From NCBI GenBank assembly GCA_003281005.1, contig QCDE01000005.1, positions 5,829-69,828 on the forward strand: a stretch of DNA of 64,000 nucleotides. Direction: 5' to 3'. The position numbers and the translations under genes were made by a program. The notes beneath the pieces were generated by a model. It was not told the DNA's origin. It saw nothing but the letters and a program-made list of their open reading frames with translations, and ran no database searches. Within the stretch, counting starts at the first letter, position 1, and every line of letters starts with the position of its first letter. Shown piece after piece: positions 27,274 to 37,339 of the stretch. The stretch comes from Pelagibacteraceae bacterium AG-349-O05. Its GTDB lineage: Bacteria > Pseudomonadota > Alphaproteobacteria > Pelagibacterales > Pelagibacteraceae.

Positions 27274-28807
27274 TGTTTTTTTCTATTTTTTTAAAAAGTA
27301 TGTCTATTTTATTTATATTATTACCTTTTGTTAGATAATCATTATTTGAAACTGTATCTAATTTTATGTCTTTTTCTTTAATGTCAAAAATCTTTAAAGC
27401 CTTTAGGGAAGATTTAGGAATAATTGGATACAACAAAAAACTTATTTTTCTTACAATTTCTAATGTAGTGTAAACAATAGTATTTAATCTAATTATATTA
27501 GCTTTCTTTTTCCATGGTTCTTGATCATTAAAATATTTGTTAGCTTCAAAAAGTGAATTAACAATATAATCGATATAAAAATTAATATTTTGATTGTCAA
27601 TTTGCTTCCTTATATTATCTAGATTATTTTTATACTTATTTAGAATTAATAAATCCTCATCATTAAATTTAACTTCAAATGGAATTTTTCCATTACAATT
27701 TTTTATTGCAAAAGTAGTTACACGCTGACATAAATTTCCATAATTGTTAGCTAAATCACTATTTATACAATCTTCTAGTCTTTCTTGAGATATATTTCCA
27801 TCATTCCCAAAAGAAACTTCTTTAATTAAATAATATCTTAAAGGGTCTAAACCATACTCTTTAATTATTTCAAGTGGATCAAGAATATTTCCTTTAGATT
27901 TAGACATTTTTTCATCTCCTGATAATATCCATCCATGCCCGTAAACTCTATTTGGTAAATCAATTTTTGCTGCTAATAAAAAAGCAGGCCAATAAACAGC
28001 ATGAAATCTTAGTATATCTTTTCCAATTAAATGTATTGAAGCTGGCCAAAATTTTTTAAACAAATCGTCATCTGTATTGGGATAATTTAATGCACTTAAA
28101 TAATTCGTTAAAGCATCAAGCCAAACATATATTACGTGGTTTTTATTATTTGGAACAGGTATACCCCATGAAAAACTTTTTCTACTCACAGAAAGATCTT
28201 TAAGACCACCTTTTACAAAACTAATAACTTCATTTTTTCTAGATTCTGGATATATAAAATCTGGATTAGCTTCATAATAATCTAATAAAGGTTTTTCCCA
28301 CTTTGAAAGTCTAAAAAAGTAAGATTCTTCTTCAATCCATTCAACAGGAGATTTTGAGGATATAGCAATTTTTTTTCCATCTACTTCCTCGATTTCATCA
28401 TCGTTGTAGAAGGCTTCATCTGATACCGAATACCATCCAGCATAATTTGATAAGTAAATATCATCGTTTTTCTCAAGCTCATTCCAAAGATGTTGAACTG
28501 TTTTTTTATGTCTAGCCTCAGTAGTTCTTATAAAATCAGTATTTGATAAATTTAAAGTATCCGAAAGATCTCTAAAAGTTTGACTAATTTGATCACAAAA
28601 TATCTGTGGTTCCATTCCTGCTTTTTCCGCAGATCTTTGAATTTTTAATCCATGTTCGTCTGTACCGGTAAGAAAATTAACATGATAATCATCAATCATT
28701 TTAAATCTTGCAAAAAAATCTGCTATAATGCTTGAATATGCATGACCCATATGAGGCTTTGCAGATGGGTAGTATATAGGTGTTGTAATATAATAAGTTT
28801 TATCCAT
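27266..28807 (-). CDS. metG: Methionine--tRNA ligase
   Basis: ITTPIYYP..KPHMGHAY (HIGH), GTDEHG, YVWLDAL, KMSKS. Confidence 0.96.
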   Translation of the reverse strand: MDKTYYITTPIYYPSAKPHMGHAYSSIIADFFARFKMIDDYHVNFLTGTDEHGLKIQRSAEKAGMEPQIFCDQISQTFRDLSDTLNLSNTDFIRTTEARHKKTVQHLWNELEKNDDIYLSNYAGWYSVSDEAFYNDDEIEEVDGKKIAISSKSPVEWIEEESYFFRLSKWEKPLLDYYEANPDFIYPESRKNEVISFVKGGLKDLSVSRKSFSWGIPVPNNKNHVIYVWLDALTNYLSALNYPNTDDDLFKKFWPASIHLIGKDILRFHAVYWPAFLLAAKIDLPNRVYGHGWILSGDEKMSKSKGNILDPLEIIKEYGLDPLRYYLIKEVSFGNDGNISQERLEDCINSDLANNYGNLCQRVTTFAIKNCNGKIPFEVKFNDEDLLILNKYKNNLDNIRKQIDNQNINFYIDYIVNSLFEANKYFNDQEPWKKKANIIRLNTIVYTTLEIVRKISFLLYPIIPKSSLKALKIFDIKEKDIKLDTVSNNDYLTKGNNINKIDILFKKIEKNND

Positions 28808-29729
28808 TTAGTATTTTATCCTCAAATTCCATAAACAATGTTTCCTCATCTAAATTATAAATTTTAGTATTATTAATTTTTTCTAAAAAATGATGGTATG
28901 ACTTTAGTAAACTAATATTTTTACTAGATATATTGCTTCTAAAATAAAGTTCAATAAAAGAATAAATAATTTCAATTATTGATTTATCTTTTTTATAAAT
29001 TTTATCTTTAATTATAATTTTTAGAGTAGTATTTAAATCAAAATTAACAAGATCAAAGTTATAATTTTCAGATAACTTAATTACTTTAAATATTTTTCCA
29101 GGAGTGGAATAATAATCAAATAACTTATTATTGATAATAGTATTTATATCATCGTTTATTAATTGATTAACAATTCTAATAGACTGATCTTTTGTTAAAA
29201 AAATTTTGAAATTTAAACATCTAGATTTAAGAGTTGGTAACACTTTTTTATTGTTATTAATTAAAATAAAATTTATATTTTCATTAGGTTCTTCTAAAAT
29301 TTTTAACAAAGCATTAATAGAATTTAAGTTTAATAATTCAATATTATCAATTAAAACAAATCTTTTTTTTTTATTAAATGATGATTTGTTTAGATTTATT
29401 ATCAATTCTCTAATCTGATTTATATCAATATTTTTCTTTTCTTCTAATACATCGATTAAATAGAAATTTGGGTTAGATTTATTTAGTATAAGTTTGTATG
29501 ACTTATTATCTGGATTAATTTTATTATTTTTATAATCATAGGGATGCTCTTCATTTTCTGACAATACAAAATTAATTAAATGGTATGCTAATGTTGATTT
29601 TCCAATACCTTTTTCACCAGATAAAAGAATTTTATTAGGCAAAGTATCGTTTGTAGATAGTTTGCATAATTGATTAAAAATTTCTTTGTGCTCAAACAAA
29701 CTTATTTGAGTTAAGGGATTTAAATTCAT
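28800..29729 (-). CDS. holB: DNA polymerase III subunit delta'
   Basis: GEKGIGKS, NALLKILEEP, LKSRC; tmk-holB-metG-tatD order. Confidence 0.9.
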   Translation of the reverse strand: MNLNPLTQISLFEHKEIFNQLCKLSTNDTLPNKILLSGEKGIGKSTLAYHLINFVLSENEEHPYDYKNNKINPDNKSYKLILNKSNPNFYLIDVLEEKKNIDINQIRELIINLNKSSFNKKKRFVLIDNIELLNLNSINALLKILEEPNENINFILINNNKKVLPTLKSRCLNFKIFLTKDQSIRIVNQLINDDINTIINNKLFDYYSTPGKIFKVIKLSENYNFDLVNFDLNTTLKIIIKDKIYKKDKSIIEIIYSFIELYFRSNISSKNISLLKSYHHFLEKINNTKIYNLDEETLFMEFEDKILNG

Positions 29730-30340
29730 TTAATTAATTTTTTAATTTGATTTATTATTAAATCTTCATTTTTTTTTATATCGAAATTGGAATCAATTAT
29801 TTTGTATGATTTTTTATTCGATTTAGCTAATTTTAAAAAACCTCTTTGAACTTTATTATAAAAATTCATATCAAATTGATCGTACCTATTTAAAGATTTT
29901 CTGTTTTTTAATCTTTGAAATAGATTTTTTTTATTTACAACATTAATAAAAGTAAAGTTGACTTTAATGTTTTTTAATAAAAATCTATTTATGATGTTTA
30001 TAATTTTTAAATCAACACCCATACCATAATGCTGATATGCAATAGTTGAGTCTATAAATCTATCTATCAAAATAATTTTTTTTTTGTAGGATTTTTTTAT
30101 AAGATTCATGTTTTCACTACGAGCTGCTAAATATAAAAGTAAATCAGTATAAATGTTAAAATTAGATTTTTTATTTAAAATTAATCTTCTTATTTTTTCT
30201 GAATTAAGACTTCCACCTGGTTCTCTTATCTTTATATAATTAATTTTCTTTTTATCCAAATATTTAGATACTTGATTTATATGATGACTTTTGCCACTGC
30301 CCTCTATACCCTCAAAAACAATGATGGGTTTTTTAGACAT
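29726..30340 (-). CDS. tmk: Thymidylate kinase
   Basis: FEGIEGSGKS, REPGG, DRFIDST.AYQ. Confidence 0.95.
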   Translation of the reverse strand: MSKKPIIVFEGIEGSGKSHHINQVSKYLDKKKINYIKIREPGGSLNSEKIRRLILNKKSNFNIYTDLLLYLAARSENMNLIKKSYKKKIILIDRFIDSTIAYQHYGMGVDLKIINIINRFLLKNIKVNFTFINVVNKKNLFQRLKNRKSLNRYDQFDMNFYNKVQRGFLKLAKSNKKSYKIIDSNFDIKKNEDLIINQIKKLIK

Positions 30341-31484
30341 CACCCCAAATTAAATAATTTATTGATTTTATTAATCTTGTAAAAAAATTAACTTTTTTAA
30401 TTTCTTTCGATGAAAGTAAATCATACTCACCAACAAGTTCCTGATCATAAACAACTCTTAGAGTGGCTATTTTTTGATCTTTTTTAATTGGTGCTTCAAC
30501 TGGTCCGTCATACTTAACAGCAACTTTTAAAAGTTTTTTTTTCGCTTTTTTGATTGTTTTGTAAATATCTTCCTTAGTGTATGCTTTTACACTATTCTCT
30601 TTTCCTAACCAAACATCGATTTTGTGTAATGGTTTATTGGCTTTAGCTATTTCAACAAGATCATAGTTGGTAAGACCAAATGTAAGTAATTTTGTACTTT
30701 CTTTAGATCTAGCATTTTTTGAATTAAAACCGCTTCCAACAGCAATCAATCTTCTGCCATTTCTATCTATTGATGATGCTAAAGAATATTTCTCAACAGC
30801 TAAATAACCAGTTTTTATACCATCTGCTCCAAGATTTTTATAAAGCAAAGGATTTCTATTTCCTTGAGTTATTGGATCACCTCCTGTTCTATCCCACGTA
30901 AATTCTTTTTCAGCAAACATTTTGTAAAATTCAGGATGTTCTTTAATTAAATATCTAGACATTTTTAAAATATCTCTAACAGTTGAGTAATTATCCGGGT
31001 CATTTATTCCCGATGAATTAGAAAAGTTTGTATTTTCCATCCCTAATTCTTTAGCTTTAGTAGTCATTAAAATTGCAAATTCTTCTTCAGTGCCAGCTAC
31101 ACCTTCGGCTAATGCAATACATGCATCATTACCAGAAGCAACGATAATGCCTCTCAATAAATTTTCTACAGAGACCTGATCACCTACCATTATAAACATC
31201 GATGAATATCCAGATGTAGATAATCTCCAAGCTCTCTCAGATATTATAAATTTTTCTTCTAAACTAAGATCGCCCGATTTTATTAAATCAAAAGCAATAA
31301 TTGTTGTCATTATTTTTGTCATAGAGGCTGGATAAATTGAAATATCTGGATCTTTTTCATAAAGAATTTCTCCGGAATGATAATCTTGTAATATTGCAGT
31401 TCTTGCCTTTACATCAAAATTAGCTTTTGAAATATTTACCAAAGTAAAACTTAAAACGATTACAATTAACAATATCCTAAACAT
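30333..31484 (-). CDS. D-alanyl-D-alanine carboxypeptidase (PBP5/6 family)
   Basis: PASMTK (SxxK), SGN, KTG motifs; signal peptide. Confidence 0.93.
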   Translation of the reverse strand: MFRILLIVIVLSFTLVNISKANFDVKARTAILQDYHSGEILYEKDPDISIYPASMTKIMTTIIAFDLIKSGDLSLEEKFIISERAWRLSTSGYSSMFIMVGDQVSVENLLRGIIVASGNDACIALAEGVAGTEEEFAILMTTKAKELGMENTNFSNSSGINDPDNYSTVRDILKMSRYLIKEHPEFYKMFAEKEFTWDRTGGDPITQGNRNPLLYKNLGADGIKTGYLAVEKYSLASSIDRNGRRLIAVGSGFNSKNARSKESTKLLTFGLTNYDLVEIAKANKPLHKIDVWLGKENSVKAYTKEDIYKTIKKAKKKLLKVAVKYDGPVEAPIKKDQKIATLRVVYDQELVGEYDLLSSKEIKKVNFFTRLIKSINYLIWGDV

Positions 31485-32238
31485 CTTTTAATATTTCTAT
31501 ATTTTCAAAATTTAATATTTTTATTTCATTAAATGATTTTTCTAGTTTTTTTATATCATTAAATGGTCCTAATAATACCCTATATTTAGTTTTAGATAAT
31601 TTCTTAATGATAGATTTTTTTATATTTGTCTCATCTTTTATTCTATTAACCATATTTTCTGCTGAGTCTCTGTAATAAAAATCTGCGATCTTGATTGAGT
31701 ATAAAAATTTGTGTTTTTTTATTTTGATTTTATTTTCTTTTTCTTTACCAAGATTATCGATAGTAATTCCATCAACAGGAGCTTTTTCAGCTACTTTTTT
31801 CTCTTCATCAAAAGTCTTTGCTTTTTTTGCAACAAATGTTGAATTTTTAGAAATTAGAACAAGATCAATATAAGGTTCTTTTGGATCAAGAGATAATTCT
31901 TCAGCAATTCGTTGAGTAATTACAGAATTATAAAAAGAAGAGAATTTAGCATTATTAGAGATTACCTCTGCTATAATTGACTTATCATTAACTGGATTGG
32001 TAATTTTAACAAATGAATTTTTTTTAATTTTATTATGAAAAATCAATAGAGACCTATTGTCAATTTTTTTAGTTATTTTTTTTTCTTTTTTTAATTCATC
32101 ATCATAAATTAAAGCAAATCCAGTATTACTATACTTTTGATCACTAATATAGACTAAGGATTTATTATTTTGATCAAATTGATTACATGCTGAAAAAAAA
32201 AATATAGAAATAATTAATATGAGTTTTTTAAAGTTCAT
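31477..32238 (-). CDS. RlpA-like lipoprotein with C-terminal SPOR domain
   Basis: FSAC lipobox; VKITNP.N..SI degenerate DPBB-like segment; YRVLLGPF SPOR motif; mltB-rlpA-dac order. Confidence 0.7.
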   Translation of the reverse strand: MNFKKLILIISIFFFSACNQFDQNNKSLVYISDQKYSNTGFALIYDDELKKEKKITKKIDNRSLLIFHNKIKKNSFVKITNPVNDKSIIAEVISNNAKFSSFYNSVITQRIAEELSLDPKEPYIDLVLISKNSTFVAKKAKTFDEEKKVAEKAPVDGITIDNLGKEKENKIKIKKHKFLYSIKIADFYYRDSAENMVNRIKDETNIKKSIIKKLSKTKYRVLLGPFNDIKKLEKSFNEIKILNFENIEILKDV

Positions 32239-33229
32239 TTTTAAATTTATCTTTTAATGTACAAACAGCTAAAGCAAATCGCAATGACCTATTCCATTTT
32301 AATATTATCTCATAGTTATCAAAAACTATGTAAGCTGGATTTAAAGTTTCGGCATCTGGTATAATATCCTTATCTGGGGTTATAATTGCTACATTAAAGG
32401 AATTATACTTGTTATCAATTTGATCATTATTTTTGATATATTTTCTAAAATATTTTAATTTTTTTTTATCATGTAGTTTTTTTGCAGAAATATTTAGATA
32501 TTTACTTGGGATGTTGTCTGATAAATCAATTCTATAAAAACAAGGATTCTCACTTATCCAACCTATTTTATTTAAATAGTTTGATGCAGAAGCATAAGCA
32601 TCATTATTATTTTTTAAATCAATATAACCGTTGCCATCATAGTCAATTGCATAATTTTTCATTGTTGAGGGCATAAATTGAAAAAATCCAAAAGCCCCTG
32701 CCCAAGATCCATATAATGATTTATAATCTATTTGTTCATTTTCTATTAATCGTAAAAGTATTAATAATTCGTTTGTAAAAAATTCTGATCTTCTTTTGTC
32801 AAAACTTAAGGTTGCTAAAGAGGATAAAATATCCATTTTACCAACATAGGTTCCAAAATTAGTTTCAATTCCCATTAAAGCTAATAGTAACTCTCTATCT
32901 ATACTAAATTCGTTTTCAATAGAATTTATTAATTTTGAATTTTTTTCATAGAATTTTTTTCCTGAGGAAACTTTTTTGGAGGATGTTCTTTTTGAAATAT
33001 AAGTTTTAGTATCCTCGTAAAATTCGGGTTGGTATCTATCGTATTTTATTACATCTGATAAAAATTTAGTATTGGACATAGCAATATTAAATGTTTTTTC
33101 TGAAATATTATTTTCTAGTGCTATTTTCTTAAAATTTAGTTTCCAATTTTCAAATTCTTTATTAATATCTGCAAATGAGCTGTTGATAGAAATTATAATA
33201 AAAACTAAAAAATAATTAATTTGTTTCAT
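32228..33229 (-). CDS. Lytic murein transglycosylase (MltB/Slt35 family)
   Basis: DRYQPEF, GIETNFG catalytic Glu, GSWAGA.G..QFMPS, WNRS. Confidence 0.92.
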   Translation of the reverse strand: MKQINYFLVFIIISINSSFADINKEFENWKLNFKKIALENNISEKTFNIAMSNTKFLSDVIKYDRYQPEFYEDTKTYISKRTSSKKVSSGKKFYEKNSKLINSIENEFSIDRELLLALMGIETNFGTYVGKMDILSSLATLSFDKRRSEFFTNELLILLRLIENEQIDYKSLYGSWAGAFGFFQFMPSTMKNYAIDYDGNGYIDLKNNNDAYASASNYLNKIGWISENPCFYRIDLSDNIPSKYLNISAKKLHDKKKLKYFRKYIKNNDQIDNKYNSFNVAIITPDKDIIPDAETLNPAYIVFDNYEIILKWNRSLRFALAVCTLKDKFKNEL

Positions 33230-34094
33230 GTAAATCTCTCAAATATATAATTACAGCAATCCAAATAAAAATAAAACTAACTAATTTTGTGATTGAAAAA
33301 GGCTCGTTGTAATAAAAATAACCTAATAAAAACTGAAATGAAGGAGTTATATAAAATATCATACCAGTAGGTCCTAAACCACATAGCTCAACACCCCTTA
33401 CATATAAAAATAAAGGTATAACGGTCATAGGTCCTGCAAGATAAATCAACATCATCATAGCTGGATCTGATAATTTAAAATCATTATATCCTTTGCTTGA
33501 TATTAAATAAAAAGCTAATAGTGCAAATGGTAAAATAAATAAACTTTCGATAAGAAGGCCTATATCAGTATCAACATTAATTTTTTTTCTTACAAGATTG
33601 TAAAAACCCCAACTTAATGCAACCATCAAACCAACCCAAGGTAATGATTTAATACTTACTATTACTAAAAAAAGAATCGATAGAATAACTAACAGAATTG
33701 AAAAGACTCTTTTTCTATTAAGTCTTTCTTTAAAAAAGAGATAACCAAGCATTACACTTAAAATAGGCATTATAAAATAGCCAAAACTTGCATCTATAAT
33801 TCTATTTGTTGCGATAGCATATATCCAGACACCCCAATTTATAAAAATTAAAAAACCTGATGTAAACAAGTGAAATAAATTTGATTTATTTTTTATAATT
33901 TCAAAAAAGATACTCCATTTAGAGAAAAAAAAAGTAGTTAAAATTAATGTAAAGGCTGTCCATAAACATCTATGAACTACTAATTCGATATAACCAATAA
34001 AAGCAATATATTTAAAATAAATTACACCAAAAAATCCCCACCAAAAAGATCCTGAACCAGCAAGTAATAAGCCTTTGTTAAATTCTTTGTTCAT
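33216..34094 (-). CDS. rarD: EamA family transporter RarD
   Basis: HRCLW, INWGVWIYA, DASFGYFI.P, YITPS.QF. Confidence 0.88.
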   Translation of the reverse strand: MNKEFNKGLLLAGSGSFWWGFFGVIYFKYIAFIGYIELVVHRCLWTAFTLILTTFFFSKWSIFFEIIKNKSNLFHLFTSGFLIFINWGVWIYAIATNRIIDASFGYFIMPILSVMLGYLFFKERLNRKRVFSILLVILSILFLVIVSIKSLPWVGLMVALSWGFYNLVRKKINVDTDIGLLIESLFILPFALLAFYLISSKGYNDFKLSDPAMMMLIYLAGPMTVIPLFLYVRGVELCGLGPTGMIFYITPSFQFLLGYFYYNEPFSITKLVSFIFIWIAVIIYLRDLHETN

Positions 34095-34180
34095 AGGAAA
34101 TCATGGTAGTTGTAATTAATAAGTTTATTAGACTATTTTATGGTTGAATTAAATAATTATAATTATAAAACCTTGCTCAC

Positions 34181-34270
34181 GGAGAGATGGCTGAGCGGTT
34201 GAAAGCACCGGTCTTGAAAACCGGCAAAGGGGCAACTCTTTCCTGGGTTCGAATCCCAGTCTCTCCGCCA
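34181..34270 (+). tRNA. tRNA-Ser(TGA)
   Basis: GGAGAGA acceptor stem, CCGGT-CTTGAAA-ACCGG anticodon arm, long variable arm, GGTTCGAATCC, CCA. Confidence 0.96.
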
Positions 34271-34534
34271 TCATTTTTTTGAATAATCAAAATTTTTATA
34301 TAAGAAATTGATATTATTATTTTCAAATTCAATATCGGTTTTAAAACCATTGTAAAAATTATACAAATTTGTGTCATCAATATTCAGTAGTTTTTCTAAA
34401 TCAAGAAGATCATTTTCATTTAAATTATTTATATATTTTTTTGTAAATGCACCCAAAAGATTATCCATTTCTTTTGTGCCTCTATAATTAGATCGGTAAA
34501 TAATTTTTTTTTTTAATTCATCTATATTGATCAT
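34271..34534 (-). CDS. sdhE: Succinate dehydrogenase assembly factor 2 (SdhE)
   Basis: YRSNYRGTKEMD (RGxxE) motif; divergent from recG as in other alphaproteobacteria. Confidence 0.88.
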   Translation of the reverse strand: MINIDELKKKIIYRSNYRGTKEMDNLLGAFTKKYINNLNENDLLDLEKLLNIDDTNLYNFYNGFKTDIEFENNNINFLYKNFDYSKK

Positions 34535-34559
34535 AATTATTAGAATATATTAGTTGTTG

Positions 34560-36611
34560 ATGAATAATAAAACAAATTATGAATATTTATTGTCAGATTT
34601 AAGTTCTTTAAAAGGTGTAGGGACTAAAACAAAAAATTTATTAAAGAAGAAAAATATTAATAATCTATTTGATTTGCTATGGAAACTTCCAAAATCTTAT
34701 ACAGATAGAAGTTTGTCTTCAAAAATTAAAGATTTAAAAATTGGTGAAATACAAACAGTTACAATAATCCCTCAAAAATATAACTTCCCAAGAGTAAGAA
34801 AATTACCTAACAAAGTCCTGTGCACTGACGAGACAGGGGAAATAAATTGTATTTTTTTTAATAGTTATGAAGGTTATATTAAAAAAATCCTGCCTTTGGG
34901 GAAAGAAATTACTGTTAGTGGTAAAATAGGTCATTTTAGGAATAAATACCAAATTACAAATCCAAAATATGTTTCTGAAGATTCTGCTTTGATCAAACAG
35001 ACTCATAATAAATACTCATTGACTGAAGGTATTTCTGAAAAAATATATAATAAAATCTTAAAACAAATAATCAATAGTTTACCTGTTTTTAATGAATGGC
35101 ACTCTAAAAGTATTTTATCTAAATTTAAAAATATAAGTTGGAATAGCTCAATTAAAGAACTGCACAAACCTGAAAATATTGGAAATTATAAATCAAATTT
35201 CTATCAAAGACTTGCTTTTGATGAAATATTTTCAACATTTCTTGTTAATTCTGAAATAAGAAAAAAAATAAAAAAAATAAAAAAAAAAAATAAAGTTATT
35301 AATTTAAATAAACAAAATACTATAATAGGTAAATTAGAATTCTCTTTGACAGGTGATCAACAAAAATCACTTAACGAAATCAACAAAGACTTAAGTTCAC
35401 CAAATAAAATGTTTAGACTTTTGCAAGGAGACGTTGGTAGTGGAAAAACAATAGTGTCTCTTTTAGCAGCAATAAATAGCATAAATTCTGGTTTCCAGGT
35501 TGCTTTTATGGCTCCTACTGAAATTCTAGCAAATCAACATTTTATTCTTGCAAAAAAAATATTTCCTAAAAGTATAAATATAGATCTTATTTCTGGAAAA
35601 TCTGAATATAAATTAAAAAAAGAAATTCATAAAAAATTAGAAAATAATAAAATTGATATTATCTTTGGAACACATGCATTATTTCAAAAAAAAGTAATTT
35701 TTAAAAAATTAGGATTAATAATTATAGATGAACAACATAAGTTTGGAGTGAGTCAGAGAAAAAGATTGTCAGATAAAGGTGGACCAAATTGTGATATATT
35801 ATTAATGACAGCAACACCTATACCTAGAACTCTAACAATGACAATTTATGGTGATATGGATATTTCAATAATTAGAGAAAAACCTAAAAATAGAAAACCA
35901 ATTAAAACGTATAGTAAATTAGAGGTTAAAATTGAAGATGTTTTAAAATTTATAAAAAAAGAAATTAACATAGGAAATCAAATTTTTTGGGTTTGTCCAT
36001 TAATTGAAGAATCTAAAAAATTAGATCATTCATCAGCTGTAAAAAAGTATGAATATTTGGAAAGTAAGTTTCCAAATCAAGTATGTTTGCTTCATGGAAA
36101 AACTGATGCGAACGAAAAAAATGAAATACTAAATAATTTTTTAAATAATAAATTTAAGATTTTGGTTTCTACAACGATTATTGAGGTTGGGATAGATTTT
36201 CCAAATGCAAATACAATTATAATTGAAAATGCTAACAAATTTGGTTTATCTCAACTTCATCAATTAAGAGGCAGAGTTGGACGTGGTAATAAAGATTCGA
36301 CATGCATATTAATGTTTAAATCTAATCTAAGCGAAAACGCAAAAAAAAGAATTAAAATTTTAAAAGACACTAACGATGGTTTTTTAATATCTGAAGAAGA
36401 TATGAAATTACGAGGGTTTGGTGATATTTTAGGATTTAAGCAAAGTGGTGTAAAAAACTTTAAGTTAGCAGATCCAATTCAGAATAGTGATCTTTTCTTA
36501 TTAGCTGAAAAGGAAATAAGAAGAATAGAAAAATCAAATGAAGATATAAGTAAATTTAAACCTTTGATAAAATTGTACGATAGGGCTGATATAATAAATG
36601 ATATTGCCTAA
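34560..36611 (+). CDS. recG: ATP-dependent DNA helicase RecG
   Basis: QGDVGSGKT, DEQH, TATPIPR, QLRGRVGRG; ATG at 34560 (ORF track starts at TTG 34554). Confidence 0.96.
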   Translation: MNNKTNYEYLLSDLSSLKGVGTKTKNLLKKKNINNLFDLLWKLPKSYTDRSLSSKIKDLKIGEIQTVTIIPQKYNFPRVRKLPNKVLCTDETGEINCIFFNSYEGYIKKILPLGKEITVSGKIGHFRNKYQITNPKYVSEDSALIKQTHNKYSLTEGISEKIYNKILKQIINSLPVFNEWHSKSILSKFKNISWNSSIKELHKPENIGNYKSNFYQRLAFDEIFSTFLVNSEIRKKIKKIKKKNKVINLNKQNTIIGKLEFSLTGDQQKSLNEINKDLSSPNKMFRLLQGDVGSGKTIVSLLAAINSINSGFQVAFMAPTEILANQHFILAKKIFPKSINIDLISGKSEYKLKKEIHKKLENNKIDIIFGTHALFQKKVIFKKLGLIIIDEQHKFGVSQRKRLSDKGGPNCDILLMTATPIPRTLTMTIYGDMDISIIREKPKNRKPIKTYSKLEVKIEDVLKFIKKEINIGNQIFWVCPLIEESKKLDHSSAVKKYEYLESKFPNQVCLLHGKTDANEKNEILNNFLNNKFKILVSTTIIEVGIDFPNANTIIIENANKFGLSQLHQLRGRVGRGNKDSTCILMFKSNLSENAKKRIKILKDTNDGFLISEEDMKLRGFGDILGFKQSGVKNFKLADPIQNSDLFLLAEKEIRRIEKSNEDISKFKPLIKLYDRADIINDIA

Positions 36612-37222
36612 GTTTTGGTAGAAGTTCCTGCTGAAACTATAAATTTAGACGCTTCTTCAAAAGACATGTTTAAATAAATTACATCTTCTATTGGGAACAT
36701 TAATAAAAAACCACTAGTAGGATTTGGAGTTGTTGGCACAAAAACATTAATCAAATTTTTTCCTGTTTTTTCTGCCATCTCTCCTTTGTTTTCTTTTGTA
36801 GCAAAACCGACGGCCCAAACTCCTTTTCTAGGATATTCAATTAAAACAACACTCTTTTTACCATCATCTTTTTTTGAAAAGGTTTCGGTCATTTGAACAA
36901 TTGCTGAATAAACGGTTCTTAAAAATGGAATTCTTTTAAACAAATCATCAATCAATTTTAAAATTCTTCTACCAAAAAATGATAATGAAAGTCCGCCAAC
37001 AATAGTTATTAATAAGATTGAAATAACAATTTCAACTCCAGGAATATTAAATGGCAAATAACTATTTGGATTAATATTTTTAGGAATTAAATTTGATGAA
37101 ATACCTATTAAAATTTTAGTTAAATAAAGTGTAAAACCAATTGGAATCAAAACAACAACACCAGTAATAAAATAATTTCTTAAAGTTAATGAAAAAGATT
37201 TTTTTGAGCCTTTTTTTGCCAT
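36608..37222 (-). CDS. DUF502 domain membrane protein
   Basis: RIP..RTVY, VLIEYPRKG.W, VFVPTTPNPTSG, SAG. Confidence 0.88.
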   Translation of the reverse strand: MAKKGSKKSFSLTLRNYFITGVVVLIPIGFTLYLTKILIGISSNLIPKNINPNSYLPFNIPGVEIVISILLITIVGGLSLSFFGRRILKLIDDLFKRIPFLRTVYSAIVQMTETFSKKDDGKKSVVLIEYPRKGVWAVGFATKENKGEMAEKTGKNLINVFVPTTPNPTSGFLLMFPIEDVIYLNMSFEEASKFIVSAGTSTKT

Positions 37223-37339
37223 ATTTAAAATTAACTATAACTAGCGTATACAACAAAAACAATTGCAATGATAAATAATACAATTAAAATTTTGTTATTA
37301 AGATTCATGTTAAAATACTATTATCAATTTTAGGTAGAT

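Noticed and set aside
34177-34380. ORF track entry 34177..34380 (-)
   Set aside because: Antisense to tRNA-Ser and out of frame within sdhE
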